Below are positions 36,487-49,900 of a stretch of 64,000 nucleotides of DNA, one piece after another. The stretch lies in assembly GCA_020137815.1 (NCBI GenBank), contig CM035352.1, positions 4,588,001 through 4,652,000 of the forward strand, read 5' to 3'. The notes beneath the pieces are model-generated. The model saw only the letters and a program-made list of their open reading frames with translations, was not told the DNA's origin and did no database searches. The DNA comes from Hormiphora californensis (Eukaryota > Animalia > Ctenophora). A program made the position numbers and the translations under genes. Within the stretch, counting starts at the first letter, position 1. Each line of letters begins with the position of its first letter.

Positions 36487-39400
36487 ATGTCAAGCCTGCC
36501 GACTACATTTGCTCTGGAAGGTTCCCTATCAGATGTAACAAACCCGGTAAAATATGTGTCCCATAAATGTGCACGTTCTCTTGCTGATAATGAAATATGT
36601 TAATCCAATTTTTGTGTATTATCTCTCCTATGAAACCCTCCTAAACCTATTCAACAACCAACTTAATTGTTTTTCAACTATTGTATAATCCCTTCTCTCC
36701 ATTTTCGATACCCCCCCACTTCTAATTAAATCATATCTATATGTTCGATAACCGCCACTTTCTTCTTACTTGTAGGGCCGGAAGAAGTTCTCAGATGCCT
36801 TTTTTAACCAAGCATACAAAGAGTTAGTTGAGAATCCAATTGATTCCTATCATATGGATTCTCCCTCCCTACCCGTTTCCTTCCTATACGATCTATCTAA
36901 TGAGACAGCTTCCAGGTAACACAATTGGTGTAATAGTTAGGGGCCAGAGCCTCAGGAATTGGGCATTGCCCAAAACAAGCTAATTTATTCACTAATGTGT
37001 CCTAAAATTGACGTTTTAGCCCCTAACTATAGGCGGTGTGTGTGTGTGTGTGTGAAGCAGATGTAAATCTGACATATGAAACCAGCTGATTATATATATC
37101 GCCCATCATATTTCTTGTTTTTAAGTTTCCTCCCCTAAACCTCTCTCTCTCCTCAGTTTGTAACCCAGAAACTATTGATTCAGGAGTCTGCCCCATTCAA
37201 CAAATAACAGTAATGGGATTAGTCTGTTACGGACAGCCTCTAGTAGCGACCTACCATCCATATACGACGAAGTAAGAGGTTTTAAATATTATTTTAATTC
37301 ACCGGTTAGAACATAAACAGCCGGCCAATACTTTGTACTAAACTATGAAACCCGATAGCAGATTTATCAGTCGTTTGAAGAATTTGCGCGCACATGATAA
37401 CCGCCAGCTGGGAGATTTAACACCCTCCTCGCAGTTTGACAGACCAGTTCCCTTTTTCACGCGTTTCTCTTCATTTGAATAACATGCGTGTAAAATTCTA
37501 AGTATTGAAAATGTGTGTAAACACACAGTTCTGTCAACAAAAGAAAGGGGAAACATGTCTGCAACACGTTTCAATGTTATCTCTCTCATAAGGAGTGAAA
37601 AGAATCACATTCCATTCATTTCTCTCTCTCTCATTGTCTCTTTTACTGTTCACTACCTCTGACAGTGTGTATTGCCCCTAATCTTTCTCTCTCTTTCTCA
37701 AACATGTTAGGAACAGTAGACACTAAGTCTACACACATTTTCACGGTGTCTGTTGACTAATTGCCAGCAGTCCTAGTGTGTTTCACCTTGTGTTGTGTCT
37801 CTTATTTGTGTGTAATTACTATCGGGTTTCATAAAATATGAACGTTTGTTAGCCTATCGCGTTATAGGTTTAAATCACCTCCCCCTCACCCTCGGCTGGC
37901 GCCTCGGGATCGGCGTCGGGATTTAAACCAGTTTAATCGCCCTGCCGGGCGATTAAACTCCAGTTGGCTGTCCCCAGCTCGCGCTGGCGACAGCCAACTT
38001 GATAACGCGCCAGTCTACAAACGTTCATACTTCATTTGTCACATTTCTCTTCGTCCCGACCCTGTATATTCAGTAGCCTTGTATTCTTCTTGCTGTATAT
38101 GTGTCTCAATATGTCTTGCGTCTCTAAATGTTATTTTTAAGCTTCTAAACCGTTTACACTCTCTCGCGTGTAAAATACAAATGATGCGGAATAACCACCG
38201 GTATAACTGTATAGGCCAGTCATATGACGTCGATATATCGCTGAAAAAGGAAGTAATTGATCTAAAAGCGATTCCACTTCCAGGGCCCTCCAATGGGTCT
38301 CTACAACCACCAAAAAAATTTACCGCGGGTACCGCGATGGAGAAATCGGTCATTTCCGGGTTTATTTTGCACCTGCATAAATATAGGCTAGGACGAATGC
38401 GATATACGGTAAAAACCGTCTTTGGAAACAAGTAGAAAAGAAATCAAGGGCACTAAAGTGTGTAGCGTCCTCGCATTAGTGGGGGTAGGTGCTGGAATTA
38501 AGTCTCTATCTTATCAGGTTAATTAGATAATTGGATAATTAGATGCGCACATAGCCGTTTTATGGTTATACGGTAAAAACCATATTTGGAAAGGAGTAGA
38601 GGAAAAACCGAGGGTACTAGAGTGATCAGCGTCCTCGAATTAGTGGGGGTAGGTACCAAAATTAAGTTCCTATCTCATCGCGTTAATTAGATAATTGGAT
38701 AATTAGGTATGCGCATGACCGTTTTTAGGTTACATGGCTATAGCCACTTAGGAATGGTTTAGAGACTTTTCATTGGTGCCATTTTGTAGGCAATAGCCAA
38801 GTTATTGGGGGTCGACGTCGGACTTTTAAGCTCTATATTCAACCGTTTAGCCGTTATTTGGCATATAAGGTGCTCAAAATGAGCAAAAAAGCGGTAAAAA
38901 GACCGATTTTGAGCACCTTTAAAGCCATATAACGGCTAAATGGTTGAATATAGAGCTTAAAAGTCCGACTTCGACCCCCCATAACTTGGCTATTGCCTAC
39001 AAAATGGCACCAATGAAAAGTCTCTAAACCATTCCTAAGTGGCTATAGCCATGTAACCTAAAAACGGTTATGCGCATACCTAATTATCCAATTATCTAAT
39101 TAACACGATGAGATAGGAACTTAATTTGGGTACCTACCCCCACTAATTCGAGGACGCTGATCACTCTAGTACCCTCGGTTTTTCCTCTACTCCTTTCCAA
39201 ATATGGTTTTTACCGTATAACCATAAAACGGCTATGTGCGCATCTAATTATCCAATTATCTAATTAACCTGATAAGATAGAGACTTAATTCCAGCACCTA
39301 CCCCCACTAATGCGAGGACGCTACACACTTTAGTGCCCTTGATTTCTTTTCTACTTGTTTCCAAAGACGGTTTTTACCGTATATCGCATTCGTCCTAGGC

Positions 39401-40763
39401 TATCTTTATGCAGGTGCAAAATAAACCCGGAAATGACCGATTTCTCCATCGCGGTACCCCCGTTAAATTTTTTGGTGGTTGTAGAGACCCATTGGAGTGC
39501 CCTGGAAGTGGAATCGCTTTTAGATCAATTAGTTCCATTTCACAACGTCATATGACTGGCCTAGTACGGCATGCAGTAGGTAGGGAGAGATGGGCGGAGA
39601 AAGTTTGCATAAAATATGCAAGCATTTATTCATCGTTCTCCTCTTTTAGGTTCTGCCTAGTCCGTCACTCACATGATGTCTCTTTTCCGTTCTTATAATG
39701 TCTAGTTTCTTAACATCTAAAACAAAATAGAGTGAATTTCTTTCTATGCTCACCAGGTCTCACCCCAGGTATAATAGACAACATAAATCATTCATAATTT
39801 AAAGTGTATGAAAAGTTTGAAACACCCTGGAAAGAAAGTACAAGTTATAAACTCTTCCTGGTTTCTATACATGTCGCTCTTGGTATGCCATATATATTGC
39901 AAGATAAAACCCTGCATATAATATGATGCTACAAGAAGTGGAACATCCAGTGGGACCGAGCCCACTCGTGCAAACCCTAATTCCCGTTCTATTCTATTAC
40001 CGGTTTTTCGCAGAATCGAGGAGGTGGAAGGTGTTGGTGTGGGCTTTGGGGCGTGGGCCCCACGTTGTGGGGGGTGTGGGGTATTTCTAAACAGATAATT
40101 TTAACAGAACTGCTTACTGCAGGTGGCCACTGGCCAGCCCTAAAATGCCCTATCGGTAAACTGGTTTTGGAAAACGTACTTCATAATCTTAACTTTCTTA
40201 AATTTTCCTAATAATAAATATGGCTTCTTACTCGACCAAGAAAGGTCCGTAGCTGGAACACGGGGGATTACGGGGGCTCGAAAGGAGAGCCCAAATAGAT
40301 CGCCCGAAAGATTCATCTGCGCATTACGTTTCACCACATGCGTGTCACAAGTACGTAATAATAGATCTATTTGGGCGATCTATACGGGCATTTCTTTCGG
40401 GCCCCCGTAATCTGCTGCCTAAGAAGCTGTTAGCTGTAATAATTTTCCTTGTAAAAGAATGCTACATTACCGGGCCATATTTCTTCAGTAAAAGTATTCC
40501 GTATTCCGTATCACCGGGGCTGAACACTCAGCCCCGGTGATACCAGGGGCACGGAGAAGTTGCGAAAAAAAAGTATTCCGTTTCTGCTATCTCTGGCTTC
40601 TCTCTGACCCCTCTATGCCCCTTCTCTGGCCACTCTCTGCCCCTTCTCTGTTTCGTCCCTATAAATCTACGTTTTCCATTCCTCTCTCTCCTTTCCCTCG
40701 CTTCTATCCCCGTATCCCTGTCCTTCTCAGTTTCATTTCCTCTCTCTCTCTATCGCTCTCTCT

Positions 40764-40854
<91 letters not shown>

Positions 40855-40856
40855 AC

Positions 40857-40906
<50 letters not shown>

Positions 40907-43900
40907 ACTCTATCCTACTCTCTGTGCCTCTCTGTATAACCCCTCTACCCCTCTCCTCCTACTCCATCCGTTCATACACATATTTGTTTAACAACAATGA
41001 CATCTTTTGGAAAGGTCCCAAACAAACAGTAAAATTCCTGCATCAGGTGACTTTCCCTATCTCTTCTTTCCCCTCGTCCAAGCGTCGATTTTACTGTCCA
41101 TTGACCTTTGGCAAGGGAGAGAAGAGATAGAGATAGAAATATAGTACAGTCGGACCCCGATTTAACAGCCCCCGATTTAGCGGCACCCCGATTTAACGGC
41201 AGCATAATCTTCCCCCGATATAGAAAAATAACAGTATTTGACCCCGATTTAGCGGACACCCCGATTTAACGGACAAAACCCTTCCCCCAAGGGTGCCGTT
41301 AAATCGGGGTCCGACTGTATAATAATACGATAAGGACAACATAAAGGGAACAATTCCGGGAAAATACTTGGAAAAGATACTGTATTGTTTGTGTAGGCGT
41401 GTTTGTGTATTTAACAGAATCGTGGTGTTTTAGGGGTGTCAATCGATTGTTCATTTCCCCTTTTGCAAGAATTCACAGGTACAAGATTTATTATCATGAG
41501 ATAAATCTCTACTAAGACACGCTTCAAAGAGGTCAACAGAAAGAATCGGTGCAATTAATATAGTACCAGCTGCAATGAAATCTATTTGATGAGAACACAT
41601 TCTAATAACTGCACTGGAAAGTTCCCCTGCACTGGAAAGTTCCCCGTGAAGAAAAAACCCCGCCCCATCTGATTGATAAATAATTCATTTTTATCATTCT
41701 CTTCACCACTCTATTTTTCTTTTTTTAATCACTTCATCGTTCTTTTATGTCTGTCCCTCTCTTCATCCCCCTCTCTATCCATCTTTTTCCGCATCTTTCT
41801 CCCTCCCCTCTATTATATATGTTCCTCTTCTTTCAATATGTCCCCGTGAGTAAATCCTGTTTGTGAAGAAGTCTTGTCTAACAGGTTTTGCCGGTTTCTG
41901 CTCCACAGAGAGAGAGAAAGGTGGAGAAAGAGAGAGAGAGAGTGAGAGATGGAGAAAGAGAGAGAGGGTGAGAGAGAGAGAGAGAGAGAGAGAGAAAGAT
42001 GGAGAGAGAGAGAGATGGACTATATAGGGTGAAGGGGAGAGATATATAAAAATACAGAGGGAGAGAGATGCAAGGAACATTCTACAAAAGACATTTGCAA
42101 TTTGTGAATTTCTTATTTCTGTCGTTAATATATTTCACTTGAATAACCTCTTTTGACGCACGTACATACGTGTTCGTGTCCCTGTACGTGTCCACTGTCC
42201 CTGCTCTACAGTCTACTTTGGGCAAGGAATGGAAATCCGGTTCTCCGAAAATAACTTTTTATCTGTAATAATTTGACCAACAATGGTGGGTAAACTTTTG
42301 GGTGTCCCTCTTTTTTATTAGATAAGGGAAATTATTTTTCGGTGGTAGTGTTTTTGACGAGAAATACGTACCTAGCCTTGACAACCCAGTAATGGTCTGT
42401 GGGTTGAACCCACAGACCATTACAGGGTTGACTTGATTTTCTAATAATTTGACCTTTTTTGGTGACCATCAAATTAAACCTTCATATTTGACCTTTTTAT
42501 ATCTTCTGACGTGTAACAAAAATTATTGCATTTTGTAGGAGTTGTCCTGCCACAAATTGGTATAAAATTGCTATGGTAACCAATGCAGTTGCTATGGTAA
42601 CCAAGGCGGTGTGCGGACTCTAGTGCTAAAACCACTCGAGACGAACTCGAGATTTCAGCCATTAGGCCGGAAACGAAAGTTTGTTGTGCCTCTATATACA
42701 TATTTAGAAGTGTGCCGTTATTTCGATTCGAGGATAGGGGTAAGAGTATGGGTTGGGGTTAGATATAGAGTCTGTTAGCACTAGAGTCCGCCCACCAACC
42801 AAGGCAGTTGCTATGGTAACCAAGGCAGTTGTTTATGAGACTTTAGTTGGTTACCAAGTGCTTCAACTTTACCCTCATCGAAAAAAAAACATTTTGTTAA
42901 GCAATTCCCATATTTTCATTTCAATCAAAAAGTATAACTAGGGATCTAACTATACCCTGCGGCCTGCCAGCTGTACCTCGGTCCCATAGTTAGATCCCTA
43001 GTTATTTCACAGTTAGGGTATATATACGGTAGACGAATAACCAATTTGAGTTTGCTCAAGTGGTGTATTTTGACAAAAAAGAGGTATGGATATAATCTTA
43101 TGGTCACAAGATTCCTATTACATCATATTAAATGCTTTACTCCCTCCTCCCTCCTCCTCTCTCTCTCTCTCAGTAGTGTCTCCCATCCCCCCATCCCGTG
43201 ACTGCTACTGCAGTTGCAGCATAGGGGGCAGGAGTAGAATTATATCTTAGAACTGTCCCTGCCCACATATGCGGAGGGCGCGGGGACACCGGTGTAGAAA
43301 ATACCGCGCGTCACACAGCGTGCGCACTGTAAACAAACATTCCTGGAGTCTCGTGTCTTGTTTAGCTTTAGGGGGTCTCTGTCTTGTTTAGGGGGTCTCT
43401 GATTTACGAAAGAATACCTTGGTATCCCCCCCCCTATGTATACAGTTGTACTGCAGTACACCTGTGTATCAATGTCATGTATCCGTACACTTGTACCCGA
43501 CTGAATAACCCTTATATGTAGTACCCTTGTATTATTGTAGACCCTCCATTGCAGTACCCTATTGTACCCCCCATTGTACCACTACTTGTGTGTATTATTG
43601 TAGACCCCATTGTACCCAGTACCTCTTTCAGTCCCTTATATACGAGGATTGTGACCCAAAAAATGAGGTAAACTGTGCATGTGAAACAGGCACTAATCAC
43701 AGTGATCCAGTTTCATGAAAAGCATGATTTGTTTTTTGAGTATGATTTGTGGGGTAGCAATATACGTTAGTTCTGGTTTCGAAAATAATGGTGTTTGGAT
43801 GGATATGATATGTGTGTTAATGTATGTTTCAATGTCAGGGTAGTATGTTTCAATGTCAGTGCTGGCCTGCTGCATGTACCTCGCCAATTATTGTCCCCTA

Positions 43901-46900
43901 ACAATGTGTTACTGTTACAGTTTGGCCTGCAGGCAATGCCCAGTGAGCGGTCCATGTCAGCTCCTTGCATTGCACTCAAAAACGACGGGTAAGTCTGTTA
44001 TTTATATCAAGTACCGCGTGGCCCAAATTAAAGGGAGGGTACGTTGGCCTTCTTTTCACCCAGAAGTTTAATTTCAATCACTCTGATATTTTGACACAAT
44101 GTCTGCATGGGTACTCATTCGAGGAATCCGAAGTTTCAAATCATAAAAGTTGAAAGTTCATTAATGAACTCAATTTTTCGTTTTTCGGGTTTTTTGAGGT
44201 TTTCTCTTGATTAAATTCGATTTTATTATTTATAAAACCGCCATACAATAGAGCAAGTATCAACAAATGGCAATCTGCATTTTTATTAAAATTGAATCAA
44301 GTTTAGTGGGTTAAATAAGTTATTTAAAGATGATATTTTTTACCAAACATCGATTTTGACCTGTTTTGACCAGAAATCGGTAAATTCAGGCGCTAAAAAT
44401 CTGTACGGCCACTACACTTGATCAATTTTGATGTTAGCCGTAATTTAAGCTCTCTGTCTTAAAATTCATTTTTCCGACTGGAATGAATCCTGAATGAACT
44501 TGAAAACAGGGATGCTTTTTAGAACCGGAATTTCACAGTCGCCTTCGGGTATCGATTTCCTTTCAAACGCGACTAATTTGAGCTCAATTGGACCACCACA
44601 AGAGACACAGTCTCTAGTTATCTAACCCTAGGTTTAGTCATCTGACACCTAATGAGACGATAGCGTCATTACTAAGTGCCAATAAGCAGGTGTAACGGAC
44701 GAGTATCACGTATCACGTCTGCTAATGAGGATGGTGTACCGATACAGCATTCGTTAAAATGTAAGCTCTCTTGCTAACACGTCATAATTTGATGGGGATC
44801 ACATGACTTACCCTAGGCTTAGAAAACGGATCACTGTGATTCTTGTGGTGATCCAATTAAGCTCAAACTGGTCCCATTCGAAAGGAAATCGATAGCCAAA
44901 CAAATTTGTGAAACTTTGGTACCGAAATATGGTCCCATATTGGTGTTCATTCAATGTTCATTCGGTCGAAAAAAATGAACTTTTATCCAGAGGGCTGAAA
45001 CTTCAGATTCCTCGAATGAGTAACCATGCAGACATTGTGTCAAAATATCAGAGTGATTGAAGTTAAACTTCTGGGTGAAAAGAAGGCCAACGTACCCTCC
45101 CTTTAATTTGGGCCACGCGGTATATATAAGAGCGATGAAATCATCATAAAGATGATATCCCGTATTTCTCTCCACCCCTCTAACTCTTGTCCTCACAGCA
45201 TGTCGCCTGAGTTGGCCGACCTTGGAAGGGGAGTGCCAGGAGGAGGAGGAGGAGGAGGGGGAGAAGGGGACAGAGGGGGAACAATCACCCTGCGGGACCT
45301 TGATAAGCAACTCCTAGCGCAGTGTGTTAACGCCACTAGCTCCGCCGTCCAACAGAGCATCTTCAACAACCAGTACAAGTAGGTTGACTTGCAGAGAGAT
45401 GTACGATACGTACCATGACTGAGTGGAATGTAAAAATCTGCGTACCCAATGAGAGTGAGGAATGTACTATACATGGCCGCGTCCAATGAAGTTTTGAGAA
45501 AGAGGAGAGATGTCGAGGAGGCAAATTATGTGAACCTGATTTTATGTTAACCCTCTACTACCATGGTTAACATATGTTAAATTAACAGGTACCTCTCCCA
45601 TGATACCAGGTTTGTTCATATTAACACACGAATATTTCAGGTTGATATACATGTTATACTTCATCCCTTTCACTGAATTTATTTATTACCAGTTTATCAG
45701 GTTGTTATTGTCCCCCCAGGTACGAGTTTAAATTGGATGCCCCCATTTCCATTGTTCAGAAGAAAGGAGATGATACACTCACATATTTAAATAAAGGTAC
45801 ATGCTGCCTTGTTATAACCATTTAGGGGTGCAGGTGGGGGCAAGACAAACACTACCTTGTACTAAACAGTTAATGATATGATTGTACAACGTATGATAAT
45901 TTGAATTGTTTTAAAAAGTGATAATCCTACTGAACGGCTGATTCATTTGATATTTCCCAGGCCAGTACTACTCGATAAACTTCTACAGTAATGCAAATAC
46001 AGTTGAAAGATTGGATCTAAATCTTAAAATTAAGGTATGCCCCTGAAGTTTATCTCTTTTGTATTTCTCTTGTCAAAACTATACACTCCCTGTGACCCCT
46101 TCACTATAAATCAATGCATTCACTAAGCAAACATCTCCATTCGATTATGTATTTCTCTTCTTAAACTATACACTCCCCTGTGACCCCTTTCACTATAATA
46201 ATAAATCAATTCGTTCTCCAGGCGATTATAGCGCAACTTGTGTTTTTTAACCAAACTCCCCCCTCCCTCCCAGTCGATAGTACACTTAGTGTTTCGTAAC
46301 CAGGACACTCGGAAGGAGAGGGATCTTTGGACGTATTGGTATGCTCAACAACCAAATGCCAACATTCGAGTATTTGATGTGGGTAAGTATAATTATAATC
46401 ACATAAAGGATATTGGATACTACATGTATATTCTCCTGTCACGGTGCCCCTTAAGGACGTTCCACCTCGACCGAGTCCCCCAGCAAAACGAACGGTTGTG
46501 TGACCTAAAGGGGACCTCTGGGAACTACGGAGGACCGTGGGGGAAAAGATTTAAAAGTAGCCTAAAAAATTAAAACGATAGAAAGATAGCTATCGTTTTT
46601 TTCACTTTGAAAATACGACATTTCTTTAACAAAATCCTTGATCAGGAAGATGCAAGTGTCTCCCACCTATTTTTTGACGTAGAATCGAATGCCGTTGAAG
46701 TCAAATCTCTAAAATGTTAGAAAAATGGTGAAAATCGCGTTTTTAGGTGTTTTTTGGTGAAAAGAGCGTTCAAACTGGTACTAGATGATGAGATAGAGTC
46801 CCAAAAGTATGACAAATCGCTTTATTGGGACCTTTTCGCCCTAGAAGCAGATTTTTATGAAAATCTGGTTCAGCGCCTATTCTCTGTATACTTTCAAAGA

Positions 46901-49900
46901 AGGTGAATATTGCTCTACTTTAGCCAATTTTGAAGAAAAGTCATCCAAAACAGTACTAGATGATGAGATAGTGGCCCAAAAATATAACTAATCGATTTTT
47001 GGGTCTTTTCCGTCCTAGAAACAAATTTGCATGGCGGTCGGATGATACGTTTCCTCTCGGTAGGCCTCTGAGGTAGGTGGAAATAGCCAAAATATAGCGA
47101 TGGCGGCAAATGAATGTGAATAAACGTTTACCAAACCCACTTCATCATCATGTATGGCTCTTGCATGATAGTCCAGTAGCCCAGAGATAGGTCATACATG
47201 CTGCTAAAGTGGGTTTGGTCAACGTTTATTCACATTCATTTGCCGCAATCGCTATATTTTGGCTATTTCCACCTACCTCAGAGGCCTACCGAGAGGAAAC
47301 GTATCATCCGACCGCCATGCAAATTTGTTTCTAGGACGGAAAAGACCCAAAAAATCGATTAGTTATATTTTGGGCCACTATCTCATCATCTAGTACTGTT
47401 TTGGATGACTTTTCTTCAAAATTGGCTAAAGTAGAGCAATATTCACCTTCTTTGAAAGTATACAGAGAATAGGCGCTGAACCAGATTTTCATAAAAATCT
47501 GCTTCTAGGGCGAAAAGGTCCCAAAAAAGCGATTTGTCATACTTTTGGGACTCTATCTCATCATCTAGTACCAGTTTGAACGCTCTTTTTACCAAAAAAC
47601 AACTAAAAACGCGATTTTCACCATTTTTCTAACATTTTAGAGATTTGACTTCAACGGCATTCGATTCTACGTCAAAAAATAGGTGGGAGACACTTGCATC
47701 TTCCTGATCAAGGATTTTGTTAAAGAAATGTCGTATTTTCAAAGTGAAAAAAACGATAGATATCTTTCTATCGTTTTAATTTTTTAGGCTACTTTTAAAT
47801 CTTTTCCCCCACGGTCCTCCGTAGTTCCCAGAGGTCCCCTTTAGGTCACACAACCGTTCGTTTTGCTGGGGGACTCGGTCGAGGTGGAACGTCCTTAAGG
47901 GGCACCGTGCTGTCTGGCCAGACCCGTTTTTGAGAGTGCACTCAGATCGGGTCAGCGCCGCCAGACAAGTACCCTCATCAGATGGTTGCAAGATAACCTC
48001 TCGCGACCTTCGTAAGGCGGCAAGGGAGGGGTTAATTCGCTACCATCCGCCTCGGTGTTATACATAATCAGGAAAAGGGCTGGGTTCAGAAAGAGATAGA
48101 GTTTCAATGTGAATTTATCTCTGAGACAGACGTGAAGAATACTTGTTTTTATAAGCGCGTCAGAACACCCACACTCGCTCGCGGTGAATCTTCTAGAACT
48201 CAAAAGGGGGGTTGAGGGGTAACCTCATCTCCGTTCTAGAACATTTATTTAGTGTGTGGGGAGAGAAAGATAATCGGAAGCTGGTGTCAGGGGGGGGGGG
48301 TGAAGTTTATCCGCTAACGAAGTTACAACTAGAGCATATTAGATGTTCTAGTGTAGCAGGTCGGATATAAATCAAATTTGAAATGCTATACCCTTGCTGC
48401 AGAGTGCTACACTATCCCGATAAGAGAGTCTCACACAAAGATAACTAGAAATTGTAAATATACGTGGAACCAATACAAAACCGCCCATGTTGAATATTCT
48501 TGTTATGTTCTAACCCGCCCGAAACACAGTCTAGCCAGGCAACTTGAATATTCAGGATATTTATATAGCCGGGTGTATATTCTTCCATTAGAATCGTATC
48601 AGCGTCCAGAGGTATATTATCATAATCCAGGATAATCCGGATAGCCCGGATAATAGGTTGGTCACATTGATACCTGAGTGAGATCGACGTCGCACGCGAC
48701 TGAGATCGATCTCACGGAGCGAGAATAGGGTACAATGGATCCAAGATAATAGGTATATTCAGGATAGTCGATAGATTGAAGGACAATATCCGGGATTATA
48801 CCTGATAGATGATGTCAGTAACCCTAACTAAAACCCATGTTTCTTCAGATGAGAGGGCGTGTAAGAACGTGGAAGAGATCAGTGAGATTGGGTGTAACGC
48901 AGTGTCATTTACCTGGAATAGCAACATTGGAGCTCAAATTGTTCTCAGAATCAACTGCCTCAGGTAACATGGAGCTGAATTATCCCATGTAATTGTATAT
49001 ATGACACATGTACAGTTGTACATATATGGCACATGTACAGCTACCACTCATGTGTTAGAGAGCCACTCAATCCTCATATGGGAGCCTCTAACAAAGGCTC
49101 CAAAAAGCACCAGCCGCTCCAACCAACCAACCAACCAACCAATCCCCACATACTTTTCACAAGGCTCATGTTGTCAGAGCTCAGATAAAACAGCTCTCAG
49201 TCCTCTAACATCGTTAGATAACAGTGGGTCAAAACTTGCCTTGTTTGAACAAAACAAGGATTTGAAGTGTAACATTTTCTCTCATGCTTCTAGTACCGAG
49301 TTCAGCAGTCAAAAGGGGATAAAGGGAACCCCACTCTACATTCAAATTGATACTTTTGAAGATACGGACTCCCTGAATCCTGAACCCGCTGATAGGTGTT
49401 ATTGCCAAATAAAGGTAAGCATGAGACCATATATGGGCATCACGTGACTCACAACACCATATATGGTCATCACGTGACTCACATCACCATATATATCATA
49501 TGGTCAGATTAACCCACTGGATTTTTGAACAGTTCATTCTTTCTTTTTATTCTAAAAAGCACGGAAACAGTGTCAAACGACTCAACTGGATTTACCAGGA
49601 ATGTTTTTGTGTACGATAAGTCCAGGTTTGACTGTATCTTACCGCGTGTATCTCGGTTTCCGTGTAAGTGAATACATCACATAGATAGGTGAAGTGTATT
49701 TGAAATGTACCGGAACCGGAAATGTGTATAGAAATCCGGTTTATTATTAGTGTAATAAACACGTTATAGTGAGGCTCCATGGTGTATTCCTCTGAAGTCT
49801 GAAATAAAACGTGCTCAATTCATGAAACATTTACGTGTCCAATACTAATGATACAGTCACTTAGTATGTAGTTAGTATCATGACAGAATTCTGCAGAACT

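Noticed and set aside
45190-45203. CACAG|cATG as a trans-splice site or start of grainyhead
   Set aside because: An upstream phase-compatible exon chain (36487-43988) with the GRHL N-terminal motif explains it as an ordinary cis acceptor.
46440-47909. Transib/RAG-like transposon
   Set aside because: The TSD is 4 bp, not 5, there is no nonamer at RSS spacing, and there is no coding capacity.
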